Source of the DNA: Utricularia gibba
Taxonomy: Eukaryota > Plantae > Magnoliophyta
Length of the DNA: 64,000 nucleotides
Assembly: GCA_002189035.1 (NCBI GenBank)
Contig: NEEC01000018.1
Span: forward strand, 1,984,001-2,048,000
Direction of reading: 5' to 3'
In this document: in pieces, positions 25,569 to 38,136 of the stretch
How the letters are laid out: each line of letters begins with the position of its first letter
How positions within the stretch are numbered: the stretch's first letter is position 1
The notes under the pieces: model-generated
Database searches by the model: none
What the model saw: only the letters and a program-made list of their open reading frames with translations
Told to the model about the DNA's origin: nothing
Position numbers and translations under genes: made by a program

Positions 25569-27107
25569 TTAACGGAGAAGCGGATAATGTTTTGAATCTT
25601 CGTCCTCGTAGACGTACGCTAATCCCCCATGGCGTGTGAGGTCCATGCCGGCGAGCTCGTCGTCCACGGAGACACGGAGGAGTCCCATCTTGTGCAGAGC
25701 CCAGAACAGGGGACCCATCGTAACAGTGACCCACCCCAGGATTGCAAGAATTTGGACTATGTGGGCGGCGAGAAGGCGCCCGCCGCCGCCCATTAGCAGC
25801 CCGTATGCTCTGTCAGGTCGACCGGGGTACACCTCGTCTACGTAGCGTTTGGAGGCGAAAAGTGCTGTGAATATGATGCCCCAGGCTCCGCACCCGCCGT
25901 GGAGCTGCGCGGCTTCCAGTGGATCGTCGAACTTGGTTATCTCTGCGAGCTTGTTGCCGCCGATGAGCACTAGCGCCGCAACGAAGCCGCAGAGCACGGC
26001 GGCCCAAGGCTCCACGACGGCGCACCCTGAGGTGATGGCAGCGAAGCCGCCGAGAAGCCCGTTGCAGACGTCGGTGACGTTCCAGTGTCCGGAGAGAAGT
26101 CTTTTCCCGAATAGGGTGGTGAGGGCGGCGGTGGAACCGGCGAGAGTGGTGGTGACCGCCGTGCGGCCGACGGCGGACCATTGGCCATAGTAGCTTCCGC
26201 TTGTGTACGCATGGAGAATCGTAGTGAAGGAGCCCGGGTTGAAACCGTACCATCCGAACCATAGCATGAAAGTTCCGAGCACAACCAAGGAGGCGCTGTG
26301 GCCTCGGAGAGCAACAGCCTGACCTTCGTGGTCGAAGCGGCCAATCCTCGGGCCTATCGGAATACTTACAAAGTCAGTTTAACGAAATCGGAAAACATTA
26401 CGGATTTCAAAGTCTATCGAACCTTCAATTACGGCGCCGAAAAAGCCGGCGACGCCACCGACCATGTGGACGACGCCGGAGCCGGCGAAGTCGATGACTC
26501 CTGAACCGAAAAGCAGATTTTTCGTATTGTTGACGCTGGCCCAGCCGTCAGGGGACCAGAACCAGTGTGATACCACCGGGTAAACGAAGCCTGTGAGAAA
26601 AGAAGAGTAGATCAAGTACGCCACGAACTGGGTTCTCTCGGCGATGGAGCCGCTGGTGATGCCGGTGGCGGCGATGGAGAAGCTCCATTGGTAGAGGAAG
26701 AAGCTGTAGTCGTAGGAGGAAGAGGGGACCCCCCTGAGAGCGAAGAACCGTCTCCCAATGAAGCCGTTAGACGGGCCGCCAAAGGCGAAGGCAAAGCCGA
26801 AGAGGTAGTAGAAGAGGCCACCGGCGGCGGCGTCAAGAACATTGGTGAGCATGATGTTCATAGTGTTCTTGGCGCGTACCGAGCCAGCGCAGAGCATGGC
26901 GAAGCCGAGCTGCATAGCGAACACGAGATAGGCCGAGAAGAGAAGGTACGTGGAGTCCACAGCGTAGGAGGTGTCCGACAATCTGTCGGCCACGGCGGAA
27001 AGCTGTCCACATATGTACTCCGCCGCCGCCGCTGCGTCGGTTGCGTTTGAGCTCAGGAAAGGCGCCAGTGTCTCCGCCGAGCACCTCTGGGACAGCCCCA
27101 TTGCCAT
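25569..27107 (-). CDS. AMT1: Ammonium transporter AMT1 family; exons 27107-26423 and 26353-25569 (69-nt intron)
   Basis: [60 protein letters not shown]|[41 protein letters not shown] and the C-terminal GMDLTRHGG phospho-motif. Confidence 0.96.
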
Positions 27108-28328
27108 GAAGCTGCAGAGAGCCAGATGAAGGGATCTGAACTCCAGCCATTAGATTTATAAGGAATATTCATTTTTGGCCTCGTATTTGGGAGCACTGTT
27201 GCAGGAAGGGATAATGACAAGCGGGTGATGCCTATTGGCTCCCCGGTCACCATTCGATTACGTTATCACTTCACCGTTACCTGTAGATTCATGGAACTTT
27301 AGGACAAGATGAGTAAAGAGGGATGAAACTGTCGGAGCCAAGACAAGGTCGGACAAAATGGTTGGTCATCAGGTGATCCCCAGGCTTATTTGAGTCCCTG
27401 AGAGACCTCCTCCACGATTTTATCCATGAAATGACATTTCTTGTTGAAATTCCAACCGGGGTTGCTCTGCGGTGTTCGAAAATTTTCCGGCGAAGTCTAG
27501 ACTGCAATAAACGCGGAGGAATCGAGCTTTTTCCCTGCATAAAGAATTTGACTTTGCCGTGAAAATGGGTTGAAATACAACTTGGATATGCGTCGAAGGG
27601 TATACCTTGCAGCAAACAGGAGGAGCACTGCCTAGGATAACTGAAAATGGCTGCATCAACGGAGACGAAGCAAGTGGGCCTCTGCCTCGGGCGCGGCCAT
27701 CAGGCGGTGGAGGCAGCGGCTTGTCTTCGCATCGCCTGGCTCACTTTTGAACGGATCATCAACGGCCAATAGAAATGGGGAAGCAAACCCACCACCTCTT
27801 CCGCCACCGCAGCGACCACCAGAGGATGAAGTCGAGAAAGCCGCTGTAGTGGAGGTAGCAGCAGCGTCGGGAGGCCGACAAATCACATAGCACGGGATTT
27901 TCGCAAAATTTCACTAGGGTTTCTTTTGCTTTTTAAACCCTAAACTAGACGCATTCTTGCTTCCAGCAACATGTCGGTGCAGGAAAACGCCAGTAAGAGT
28001 TCTTGCTTCCATCTCCTCCCAAATTGCAATGCTTCAACACACAAACCCAGAATTCATCATGCATTTTGCTCCATTTTCGGCGCTTCGAGCTTTCCTCAGA
28101 GCGGGGACTCCGTTATCGAAAGGTAAAAAGTTAGAATTCATACTTCCACATGATTGCGATTGCGCAGATAGCTCTTTGGGAGAAAAGGATGCTTATGGGG
28201 CAGAATATATTCATCCTGAAAAACTGTTGATACATCCAACTATTTGTCTGCTTCTTATTCACAAATACAAGACCACAGAGATGAATAGTTTCTGCAAAGA
28301 GATCAGCCCACCCCACTTGTCTTGGAAG

Positions 28329-30623
28329 TCATATCAGAGAATCCAGATATGAGTAGTTTCTGCACCGGTTGTACTGGAGGATGCTGCCATAAGTCCTGTC
28401 CCAAACCCCTATGAACAGGGACTCCGTGTCTGGACTAAAAGATATTCCAGATATCTCACCAAAGAAGTCGATCTCTTGTTCCTTGTCGAAGTCATTTTTT
28501 ACATCATAGACATGTACAAAGTCTGCTGGTTCAGCCATTGACATAAACTGACCATCAGATGTGAAACGGATGGAGCGGATGGCACCTAAATTTCCCTTGA
28601 GTACTGCAACGGATTTGGAGAGGTTACGAACATCCCAGACCCGGCATGTTTTATCCTGGTTCCCGGTGGCAAAGATGACACCATTTGGATGCCACGCAGA
28701 AGCAAATGAAAAATCCAAATGTCCACGTAGAGGTGCAATGGTCTACCGGAGAAGAGGGATACACAGAAAATCAGCATCATTCAGCTTTCTAGGCCTTGAA
28801 ACACTCTGGGACAAAATGCAGGGTCGTTCAGGGAGAAAAGAGTCAGATGTGTGTACCTTGCCATTTTCGGAGTCTATTAGTATTCCATCAGGGTTGTCCC
28901 CGACTATAGCAATGATTTTTCCATCTGGACTGAGAGATGTATGCTGCGGCCAAAGCCAAAGGAATCATCACACAGGCAGAAAAAGCCATGTTGCTGATTT
29001 AATTCATGGGTTTCCATTCACACATCACGGTGTATGGTATTCCACGATTTTAAAGAAAAATATTAAAAGAGTTCCAAGAGACAAGATATCTCCAGCTTAA
29101 TACAAGAAATAAATTGACAAATGTTTTAAATCACGAACTAAGCAAATGAAAAGGAAATTGTTACTTACATTAACCGGCCAGGAGAAAGAGAAATTCTTAA
29201 CTAGCAAGAATCTCTCCATGTCAAAACCCCGAACCCAACAATCATTATTAGAAGCTGTAAAATGGGGAGCACCACTGAAATGGTATGGCACTAGTTAGAT
29301 ACATGATATCATAATGGATCATGAGAAATTAAGAGACAACAAACAGACAAGTCTCACCTAGGACTATCATATATCTCAATTGCATTTGTGATAGCATTCT
29401 CATCATACGTTGTTCTTGTACAAAATTTAACACCAGGACGATCAAGATCCTGACATGAGGATTAGATTCCAATGTAAGCGATGGGAAAATAATCAACTGA
29501 CCAGACGATTTTTTTATTAAGAATACAGCTTGAGTATTATAAAGCTATAAGCCATATTCTGCACAAAAAGATAAAGTACCTTGCAAATAAGCTCCCCGTG
29601 GAATCCACCAGCAATCAATATATTATCTCGTACTGCCAGTGTACTAACTTGCGTCTGTGTGAATCCTTCTAGTAAACTCCCAGGGTGTTTCTGAAAAATG
29701 AAGCAAAATTTAAATATATTACAAAAAAGGAACCTGCCAACACACAATATATTTTTTGAAGGGCGCACCTCACATGGAGCCACGTGACCCAACACATTAA
29801 GCACTTCGGTCTTTTTTGAACTCAGGGATGACCAGTGGATGATCGAATAGTGAGACATCAGGTAAACATCATGCTTAGATGTTGACCAAACCAAATTACG
29901 CAACTGCAACGAAGGGTGAACTCACGAGCCAGGAAAAAAGGACAATATTGACTAGAAGTGTTAAATATTCATAATGTCATTTACAAATATACAAAACATG
30001 AACTTGGTAGTGTGATAAGTACTCCAATTGAAAGAGCAAAAAAGAAAAACATTTGATAAAAGAGGTTACCTGAAAGTGAAGAATAGTCGACTTTACAGAC
30101 CTTGTGTTTTGCCAGAACTCATAGTATCTACCATCTTTTCTCGTTACCTTGCATTCCTAGCAAATACAAATGGAAATCTTAGTTAATGATCACAAAAATT
30201 TCATTTTTCATATTCAGAAAAGGATACCTTTTGGCATCCTTCTCCTGAATCAGGAATATTCTCATAATTCTTGTATTGTTCTAATCTAGTTTTTCTGTAC
30301 TTTTCTCTCGTGATGCTGAGCCTCTCCCAAGGGATTCCCTGTATATCCTTTCCTTTCCGTGCCTCAGCAGCGCAAGTATCCGTAACCTTGTTATCCTAAT
30401 TCAACACTTCACTTAGTTCAAAAATAAATGGTGGCCAACACAAGAGTGGGAAAATATTTTAGAAAACATTTCACGTGAATATCTAACACAAGCTTGTACG
30501 GACCAAGTTATCATATTCATCTTCTTCCTCCTCTTCAGAATCCGAATCTCTCACCATTATACCGCCAAAGTACATATTTCCATCTACTTCACCCATCTCA
30601 TAGTCAGCCGCAGCATGGTCCAT
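28329..30623 (-). CDS. Uncharacterised WD40-repeat protein (C2A9.03-like family)
   Basis: Acidic N-terminus, then ARKGKDIQGIPWERL..TREKYRKTRLEQYKNYENIP, LRNLVWSTSKHDVYLMS, QTQVSTLAV, TASNNDC, GHLDFSFASAWHP.G..FATGNQDKTCRVWDVRNL, MAEPADFVHVYD, DFFGEISGISFSPDTESLFIGVWDRTYGS. Confidence 0.9.
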
Positions 30624-31266
30624 AACTTCGTGAAATAAAAGCCTCTGGATATTCCGTTACACACTTCATTAGAGGAGCATTTAAAAGGCTGCAGCAGGAC
30701 ACGACACAGAAAAAACGGGAAGCAAACAGAACTAGAAACAAAAATGAATCACTCGGTAAGTTGGAAATAATAAGACAACCATTACAAGTCAAATGACGTA
30801 AACGGCGAAGCGAACTGCAAAAGAATACATCTTTAAGAGAAAAAAATAAAGAAACTTGACGTACTGCGGAATTCAAAGAAATTAAAACCAAGTTCATTTC
30901 ACAATATACGTATGCAAAATCCAGCTGCGTCAATAATCAATGAAAATCCAAAAAGCTCCCCAAAAATCAAGCAAAAGCTCGCAAACGATTTGCCCCATAA
31001 CAAATAACAGAATAAAAAACAAACGAAAACCAACTTCCATCTGACCTTCAAAAAATGATCAGCTGAGATATTCCAATCTCGTTCAAGAACAAGTTTCACG
31101 ATCTGAAAAAAAAAATTCACGCAATATACAGCAATTCAATTTTCGATTTGCTAGAATTGAGGGCGAGATCTCCTCAATCTACTGAAGTACTCATGATAAT
31201 CGGTTTCCCAATGATGAAGGCTCTTGATATTCAATACGATCAGGTGTTGGTCATTTTTTGCAGCTA

Positions 31267-31315
31267 TGGGCCGAGACATTCTTAATGGGCTAGGCCCATT
31301 AATCCAAGTAGCCCA
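31267..31315. promoter_or_regulatory. Cluster of four site II motifs in the WD40/APS1 divergent promoter
   Basis: TGGGCC 31267, TGGGCT 31286, GGCCCA 31293, AGCCCA 31310, in both orientations. Confidence 0.5.
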
Positions 31316-31784
31316 TCAGGTGAAATGCGACCAACGGACCAACACGTGATCCTATATAAGATCAACGGCCTTCATCATTGAGAAACGGAATACTGATCAG
31401 GACTTCACCGTGGAGTGAGGAGATCACGCCTGAATTTTAGCAACTCAAAAATTTGATTGCTATCCTGAGTGGATTCTTCTCACAGCTTGATTCTTGTTCG
31501 TGAGCGGATAGAAGGATCTCTCTGATCCTTTCTTGAACGTCAGAAACGAAGTTGGTTTTCGTTTGCTCATCAGATTCTGTTGTTTGGTTTGCGAGCTTTT
31601 CTTTGATGATCGGGGACGTTGTGGCATTTTCTTTGACACTGGATACTGAAGAATGCTGCATTTGGATTTTCTTTGAATAGCTTTGGATTCTGGTGTAAAG
31701 TTTATGCTCTTGTTTTCTCCTAAAGATGGATTTTTTTTTTTTTGATGCTTCGCTTCGTTGTGTCGACAGACTGCGAGAGTGACA

Positions 31785-34054
31785 ATGGCTTTGTCGTCGT
31801 CCCTCGTTCGGATTTCTGGTCTTTCATTTGTATCGTCTCCAGAGAAGAATATGTACCCAACCGTGCAGTTTTCCAAATCGGAGCTTTTCGGGGGTACAGT
31901 GTATGTAAATTCCCGAAAACCCATTGCCGTCAGTAGATCGCCAGCGGCATTTGTGGTTTCTCCGAAAGCTGTATCTGATTCCAGCTCTTCCACGACATGC
32001 CTTGATCCTGATGCCAGCACGGTATCACCAAATTCTTTTGATTTGATTTTCATTGATTGCTGCAAAAACTCGTCGTTGGATCGGTGATTCTTTGCCGTCA
32101 CATTTTACCCGAATCGGCGTTGATGATTAAAATATACATACTTTTGTTGGACAGAGTGTACTGGGCATCATTCTTGGGGGTGGCGCGGGACGAGGCTTTA
32201 TCCGCTCACTAAGAAAAGGGCGAAGCCCGCAGTTCCGCTGGGTGCAAATTATCGTCTGATCGATATTCCTGTCAGCAATTGTCTCAACAGCAACATATCC
32301 AAGATCTATGTCCTCACACAGTTCAACTCAGCCTCTCTCAACCGCCACTTATCAAGGGCATACACAAGCAACATGGGAGGGTATAAGAACGAAGGTTTCG
32401 TCGAAGTTCTTGCTGCTCAGCAAAGCCCCGAGAATCCAAACTGGTTCCAGGTGAAGTGAAGATTGCCTACTTTGTTATTCCCTATGTAGGTTGACTTATG
32501 CAGTTTGAGTCAGTTGGGTGGTCATGTTTCTTTCAGATAATAGTAGTAGCATACTTGTATTAACGTTGCTAATCTTCGATCATCAGGGGACAGCTGATGC
32601 TGTGAGGCAGTATTTGTGGCTTTTTGAAGAACATGATGTTCTTGAGTACTTGATTTTGGCGGGAGATCATTTGTATAGGATGGATTATGAGAAATTCATT
32701 CAAGCCCACAGAGAAACTGAGGCTGATATAACAGTTGCAGCTTTGCCAATGGATGAACAACGAGCTACTGCCTTTGGTTTGATGAAGATCGATGATGAAG
32801 GGCGGATCATACAGTTTGCAGAAAAGCCCCAGGGGGAGGAGCTCAAGACAATGAAGGTTAGAAATTATACTACTAGAATGAACTCAGGTTTTGACTTGTC
32901 AGTATTCCCACTCATGTTCCCCTGCTTACTCGTTATTGCAGGTTGACACAACAATCTTAGGACTCGATGAAGCGAGAGCGAAGGAAATGCCATACATTGC
33001 AAGCATGGGAATATATGTTTTCAGTAAAGATGTAATGTTGAAGCTGCTGCAAGGGAAGTTCCCAGCAGCCAATGATTTTGGAAGTGAAGTGATTCCTGGT
33101 GCTACTTCATTAGGAATGAGGGTAAGCTTCTATGCCTGTTTTTAATGTAAATCCTTTCATAGTCAATACAAAAGATACACCAACATTCACTATCCCATTT
33201 GTCTCAGGTGCAAGCATACTTGTATGATGGGTATTGGGAGGACATAGGAACTATTGAGGCATTCTACAATGCAAATCTTGGAATCACCAAGAAACCTTTG
33301 CCAGATTTCAGGTCAGTAAAACCTGGAACACTCATGAGTTATGTATCACTCCAGGTTCCTTCAGCAAATAAGCTGTACTTGCTATTGCAGTTTCTATGAT
33401 CGATCCTCTCCAATATACACACAGCCTCGATACCTACCACCTTCAAAAATGTTGAATGCTGATGTCACTGATAGTGTCATTGGTGAAGGATGTGTGATAA
33501 AGGTACCAACCTTCTGCTGCCATACGCATATTTTCAGCCCATTAGTTCTAATATAATAATTATCCATGTTTTAGAGCTGCAAGATTCACCATTCAGTTGT
33601 TGGCTTGCGCTCATGTATCTCGGAAGGTGCTGTGATTGAAGACTCCTTGTTGATGGGAGCCGACTATTATGAGGTGACAAAGCTTTCATTCACTAAATTT
33701 TGGCACTTCTCCAGAGATTGAATGGATCCTCCTCTTTGTAGACTGATGCTGACAAAAGATTCCTAGCAGCGAAGGGTGGTGTCCCAGTTGGTATTGGAAA
33801 GAACTCACATATTAAAAGAGCCATCATCGACAAAAATGCTCGAATTGGTGATAATGTCAAGGTGAATATCATGGATTCAAATGACTGTTTTAAATGACAA
33901 AAGCTAGGCATTCCTTATTACCCCTTTATGCATGCAGATAATCAATTCTGATAACGTGGAAGAAGCAGCAAGAGAGATAGATGGATATTTCATCAAGAGT
34001 GGCCTCGTTACAGTCATCAAAGATGCCCTGATTCCTAGCGGAAGCATTATTTGA
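31785..34054 (+). CDS. APS1: ADP-glucose pyrophosphorylase small subunit (apparent 1-nt frameshift at 32187-32189)
   Basis: Transit peptide, then [19 protein letters not shown][shift][35 protein letters not shown]...[19 protein letters not shown]...[12 protein letters not shown]...[17 protein letters not shown]...[12 protein letters not shown]. Confidence 0.93.
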
Positions 34055-34981
34055 GCGTGAAATAAGGACTTTTATTTTTTGGTCAGCAAGGGAAATAAAG
34101 TATCCACTGTGTCTGGTAACAGACTTCAGCATTTTTTGTGTGCTAGTTCACATTTGATTAGTCTGATTCAATGTTCCTTCTATAAGGATAAGGAAGCTAG
34201 CCTGCTGCTGCAAATACAAAATGGAGAAAATTGTATGAAAAAAGAAGCAAAATGTAACTCCAACCACGATTGCACGAATGTCAGTAGTTCAAAATACTCC
34301 AAACCAACTAGTCCACAAGCTCACCCAGTCCCTTATGGAGGACATGGATGGGACCTCTAGTTGTGTTCGAGTTCCTCACAACAGAAAAACAGCTGCTTTT
34401 AAGAGAGAGCATTGTTAATCTATCCCTGTACTATGGAGATAGGAATGAACAAAAAAGAGACATGAAAGAATCTCAACTGCAGCAACCACCACGTTGTGCA
34501 GAACTCTCCCTGATGCCAGAAGCGCCTGAAAAGAAAGAGGCAGGTAATGCAGCCAATGCCATCTTTTTAAGGAAGAAAAAGGGCTATCGAAGTTAACCTC
34601 ATCGGAGACAGAGACAACCCCATCCAGAAAATTCTTGTATATCATGGGTGTTGTCTTCACGAATGCGCAAATGGTTTCTTTGTAATGTAACTTAGCACTC
34701 GTTTGACGAAAAAAATAAGTAAATTCTGACCCCTTGGTTTTTGAAATCATCAAAGCTGAACCAGATTTGTATGGATCAAGTATACAGACAAAAAGAACAA
34801 GAAATTATAAGATTCAACTGTCACAAATAGAAAACCCAGCGTCAATCTTCTTCAAGAAACCATGGAGAAAGAAACATCTCGCAAAAGCGGACAGATGAAC
34901 AAAAAATATATACGCGTGGTCCAGCAGGGCAACATGGAACAAGGAGCTGTAAATCATGGGTCTTGAAAATGGAGAGAATGC

Positions 34982-36472
34982 TCATGTATCGTCCACTTGA
35001 GAATGGAATACAAAACTGGGGAATGCAGTGGTGATGTCCCTGTCCAACAAAAGCAGTTAAAGTCATGATGCTCTGTAATGGAATAATGAATTCTATTTCC
35101 TATCCTAATGTCATTGAAGATCTGTATACTGCTTGAGTTCCGATTACACCATCCAAGTGAAGGATGGAAGCTTACTTGAGATATTGAAGGGTCATGTTTT
35201 TTAAAAGAGAAGGATGCTGCATCACCAAATTCCTCCACTCCTCCTTGTCAATCCTACCATCATGTTTGGTATCTGCTTCCTCGAAAGTCTTAAAGCAGCA
35301 CATGAAAGAAAGAATATCAAATGCTCAGGGACTTGTTGTGATACCACACAATGAAAAAATAGCTCACGAAAGTAGGGATGAAAGAATTAGTACCTTGTCA
35401 ATAATAACCTCTATTACATCGTCTGAAAGGTTCATTCCAGATTCGGCCAGTGTTGCTACCACCATCTGCTTGACCTGAAACCACCAAATGGCATGTATTA
35501 TGACCCCTCTCACTCTCAGCGTGAATGTTGAATTGAAATAAAGTACAGCTTAACTGATTAAGTGAAATGCATTTGAAAATTACCTCCTGTCGTTCGATGA
35601 AACCTTGATGCTTGAGATCATACAACTGAAATGAAACTGAAAAGATCGAATTTGGCATCCATGAGTAGAAAGCTGTGTACCAAAATAGCTATCAAAGACT
35701 AACAGTGCAAAATTATTCTTACATTCTATCTTCTCCTCCATTGTAGCATTCGGGTGAAAGACTGAAAGTGCGCGAGCAAACTCTTCAAACTCTAGCATCC
35801 CATTATGCTTTACATCAAACAAGTCGAATACCTTCAATACAAAAGCGTGAACATAACAGAAAGATTCAGTAATTTATGCAAACTAAGTGGGCAAGTCTCC
35901 TTATGTAAGTCCTGGAACAAACCCTATCGGCAAATAGGCTTTCCTTCTTATTTGACTTGAACAGTGCAAGCTGGAACTCTTCCTGGCGGCATAAAAAGCA
36001 TGGAAACAAGAGGGTGGATGAAAAACAAATACTGAAGCTGGTGATTAAAAATATACGCCGTATAGAGCTATTAACAGAGTGAGGGCAAAAAAGAAGCACC
36101 TTGTTGATATATCCATCATCAACAACAGCACTGCTGATCTTCTTGAATAATTCATACAAGGCTTCAACTTCGCTAACACTAACTGCAACAAAGGCTTGAG
36201 GATTAACATAGATGTGCAACTAATCTCTAGATGGTGCTGCAGTAGTTTTCAGGGGTGAAAATATCTTCAAAGCTCTTTCTTTACGCAAAAACATAGGTTG
36301 GTAAAATGTCACTGGCACACACAGTTGCAGAAAATGCGTCAAACTCACACACTGTTTCCCTTGCTATTTCTTCAGGACTTATCAAACCCCGTGGCCGCTT
36401 ATTGATCGCAGATTCACAGCAGTTTAAAATTGCCCCCAGCAGATTCTTCAATCCATCAAGGAACTGAACCAT
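34982..36472 (-). CDS. CBL3: Calcineurin B-like calcium sensor, CBL2/CBL3 type
   Basis: Short N-terminal extension with a CC pair, then [79 protein letters not shown] and C-terminal [13 protein letters not shown]. Confidence 0.9.
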
Positions 36473-37668
36473 TATCGTTTCATGCAGTCAAAGCTCTCCA
36501 TCCCTGCAGTGTACCATTAAAAAAAGCCTATTCAGAATAAAGAGAACGCGACAGAATCTACGAAGAGAACCTTCCAAAACTAGGGATTTTATAGAAAACT
36601 TCCCGAACACTGAAACAAGAAAAGTGGCAATCATAAAAGCACACCAATGCGAACTACTAGACCGCATATCATTAACGCCCAACAAAATACACATCCATAT
36701 ACCTAAAAAATCAATAATGGAATTCCAGCAATCGCGGAACCCGAGATCATCTTCCCAAAATATTCCCTTCGCCCACCAAGATCCCAACTTTAGTGAAATT
36801 GACCAAAACGGACTACGAGAATACGCTGGGCTGCGTTCCTTCAGCAACACTTCAGAACGAGAAGACCGGCGATCAAGAGATCGAAGCAAGCGATCGTGTA
36901 CATATAGCGTTTGTATTACCAGGTAAGCCCAAGAATGTTGATGACGCAACCCAGAAAATTCAAGCGTACTAAACGACGTCGCATGGCCCAAATTCATGTG
37001 GTCAATATTTTGCCTTTCAAGATTTTTATGTTGCTTTGTACGTATTTGAATTTTAATTTACCGAAAAAACAATTAATCATATTTTTAAAAATTAATAATT
37101 ATTCATCCTATAAATAATATTTTTGAAAATTTTAACTCTCATTCACACTTTTTGCTGTGTGTACAGTTTTTAAAACAATTTTGAACCCCATTTTTAATTT
37201 TTTAAAAAACTAAAGTCAAAACAAAATAACTAATGGAAACAAAATTAAAATTAAAGGCGTTTTGAAAAAAATACAAATACATAAGTACTTTAGGAAATAA
37301 TTAGTAAAAAGTGAAAATTCAAAAATAACTAATGGAAAAAAAAAAACAAAGGATGAAGGGTGGCCTAGTTTGCTACTTGTATGATGTGCAGCAGCAGTAG
37401 AATGGTTTTGCTACCAGTATGCATTTCCAGTGGCGGGTGGATGACTGGGAATCCAGGCACGATGGAAAGCCTCATTTTTTACTGCAGCGTTGCTTCCAAA
37501 GGCTCTGCATTTTCAGGAAACAAGTGTTCAGCTTGTGGGCTTAGCCATCAGTTGGGAAATTACAATGGAGTCATGGTTCAGTTGAGTACCAGAGGCTCGT
37601 CAACAGAGAGGCCTGGAACATCAGAGGCATGAGTATCATCTGCAATGGAACCAGAGGAAGCTTTCTGA

Positions 37669-38136
37669 TCACAGGTTTTTATCAGCCTCTTGCGCCAATT
37701 GGCCGACACTAGCGGCTTTTCGCTTGTTGTGAGTATCGGAAGCTGCATCATCTGATCCATGAGTATTGGAGAGGGAGTCTTTGTTGTTATCAGTCTTGGT
37801 GTCTTCAGAATCTTGCTCTTTCTCTGCAGCTTTGTTTGATCCTTTCTGGGCATCTTTCTCTTGCTTTTTCTAATCGTTCAGGCTCTTGGGTGCCCCTTCC
37901 TTCTGATACTTCTCTGCGGTAACCGGAGATGAGGAGGGAAGATCAGCAGATAATACTGGTATCAATGATGCAGCCGAAACAATATAATTATTCACCTGGA
38001 TCAGCATCATCATCCAAAGACGTGGAAGTTGCAGCATCTGGGATTTTACCACTTCCCCTTGATTTTTTTAACCTTGTTTTCAGCCTCTTTTGGGTCTTCT
38101 GGCGGCGTCCTCATTCCTTTCACTTGGGATGAGGAT
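37669..38136 (-). pseudogene. Putative disrupted gene for a charged low-complexity (K/E/D/S-rich) protein
   Basis: Exon-like blocks with a GT-AG intron (37995-37914). The segments PEDPKEAENKVKK / SRGSGKIPDAATSTSLDDDADP / EVSEGRGTQEPERLE / KQEKDAQKGSNKAAEKEQDSEDTK... join only if two A-runs are each one base shorter and an acceptor 2 nt further downstream is used. No family recognised. Confidence 0.3.

Noticed and set aside
25636-27150. Several long alternative-frame and antisense ORFs over AMT1
   Set aside because: Explained by the high GC3 of the AMT1 coding sequence; the products are low-complexity.
27935-27945. AAACCCTAAAC as a possible telomerase RNA template (also 61865-61875)
   Set aside because: No upstream USE/TATA pair or TR conserved regions. 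Better explained as promoter telo-boxes.
34300-34900. Short ORFs between APS1 and CBL
   Set aside because: No family motifs; most simply the converging 3' UTRs.
37221-37345. ~22-bp direct repeat (CAAAATAACTAATGGAAA) in an AT-rich spacer
   Set aside because: Only two copies in low-complexity DNA, with no array or terminal structure. Not CRISPR-like.
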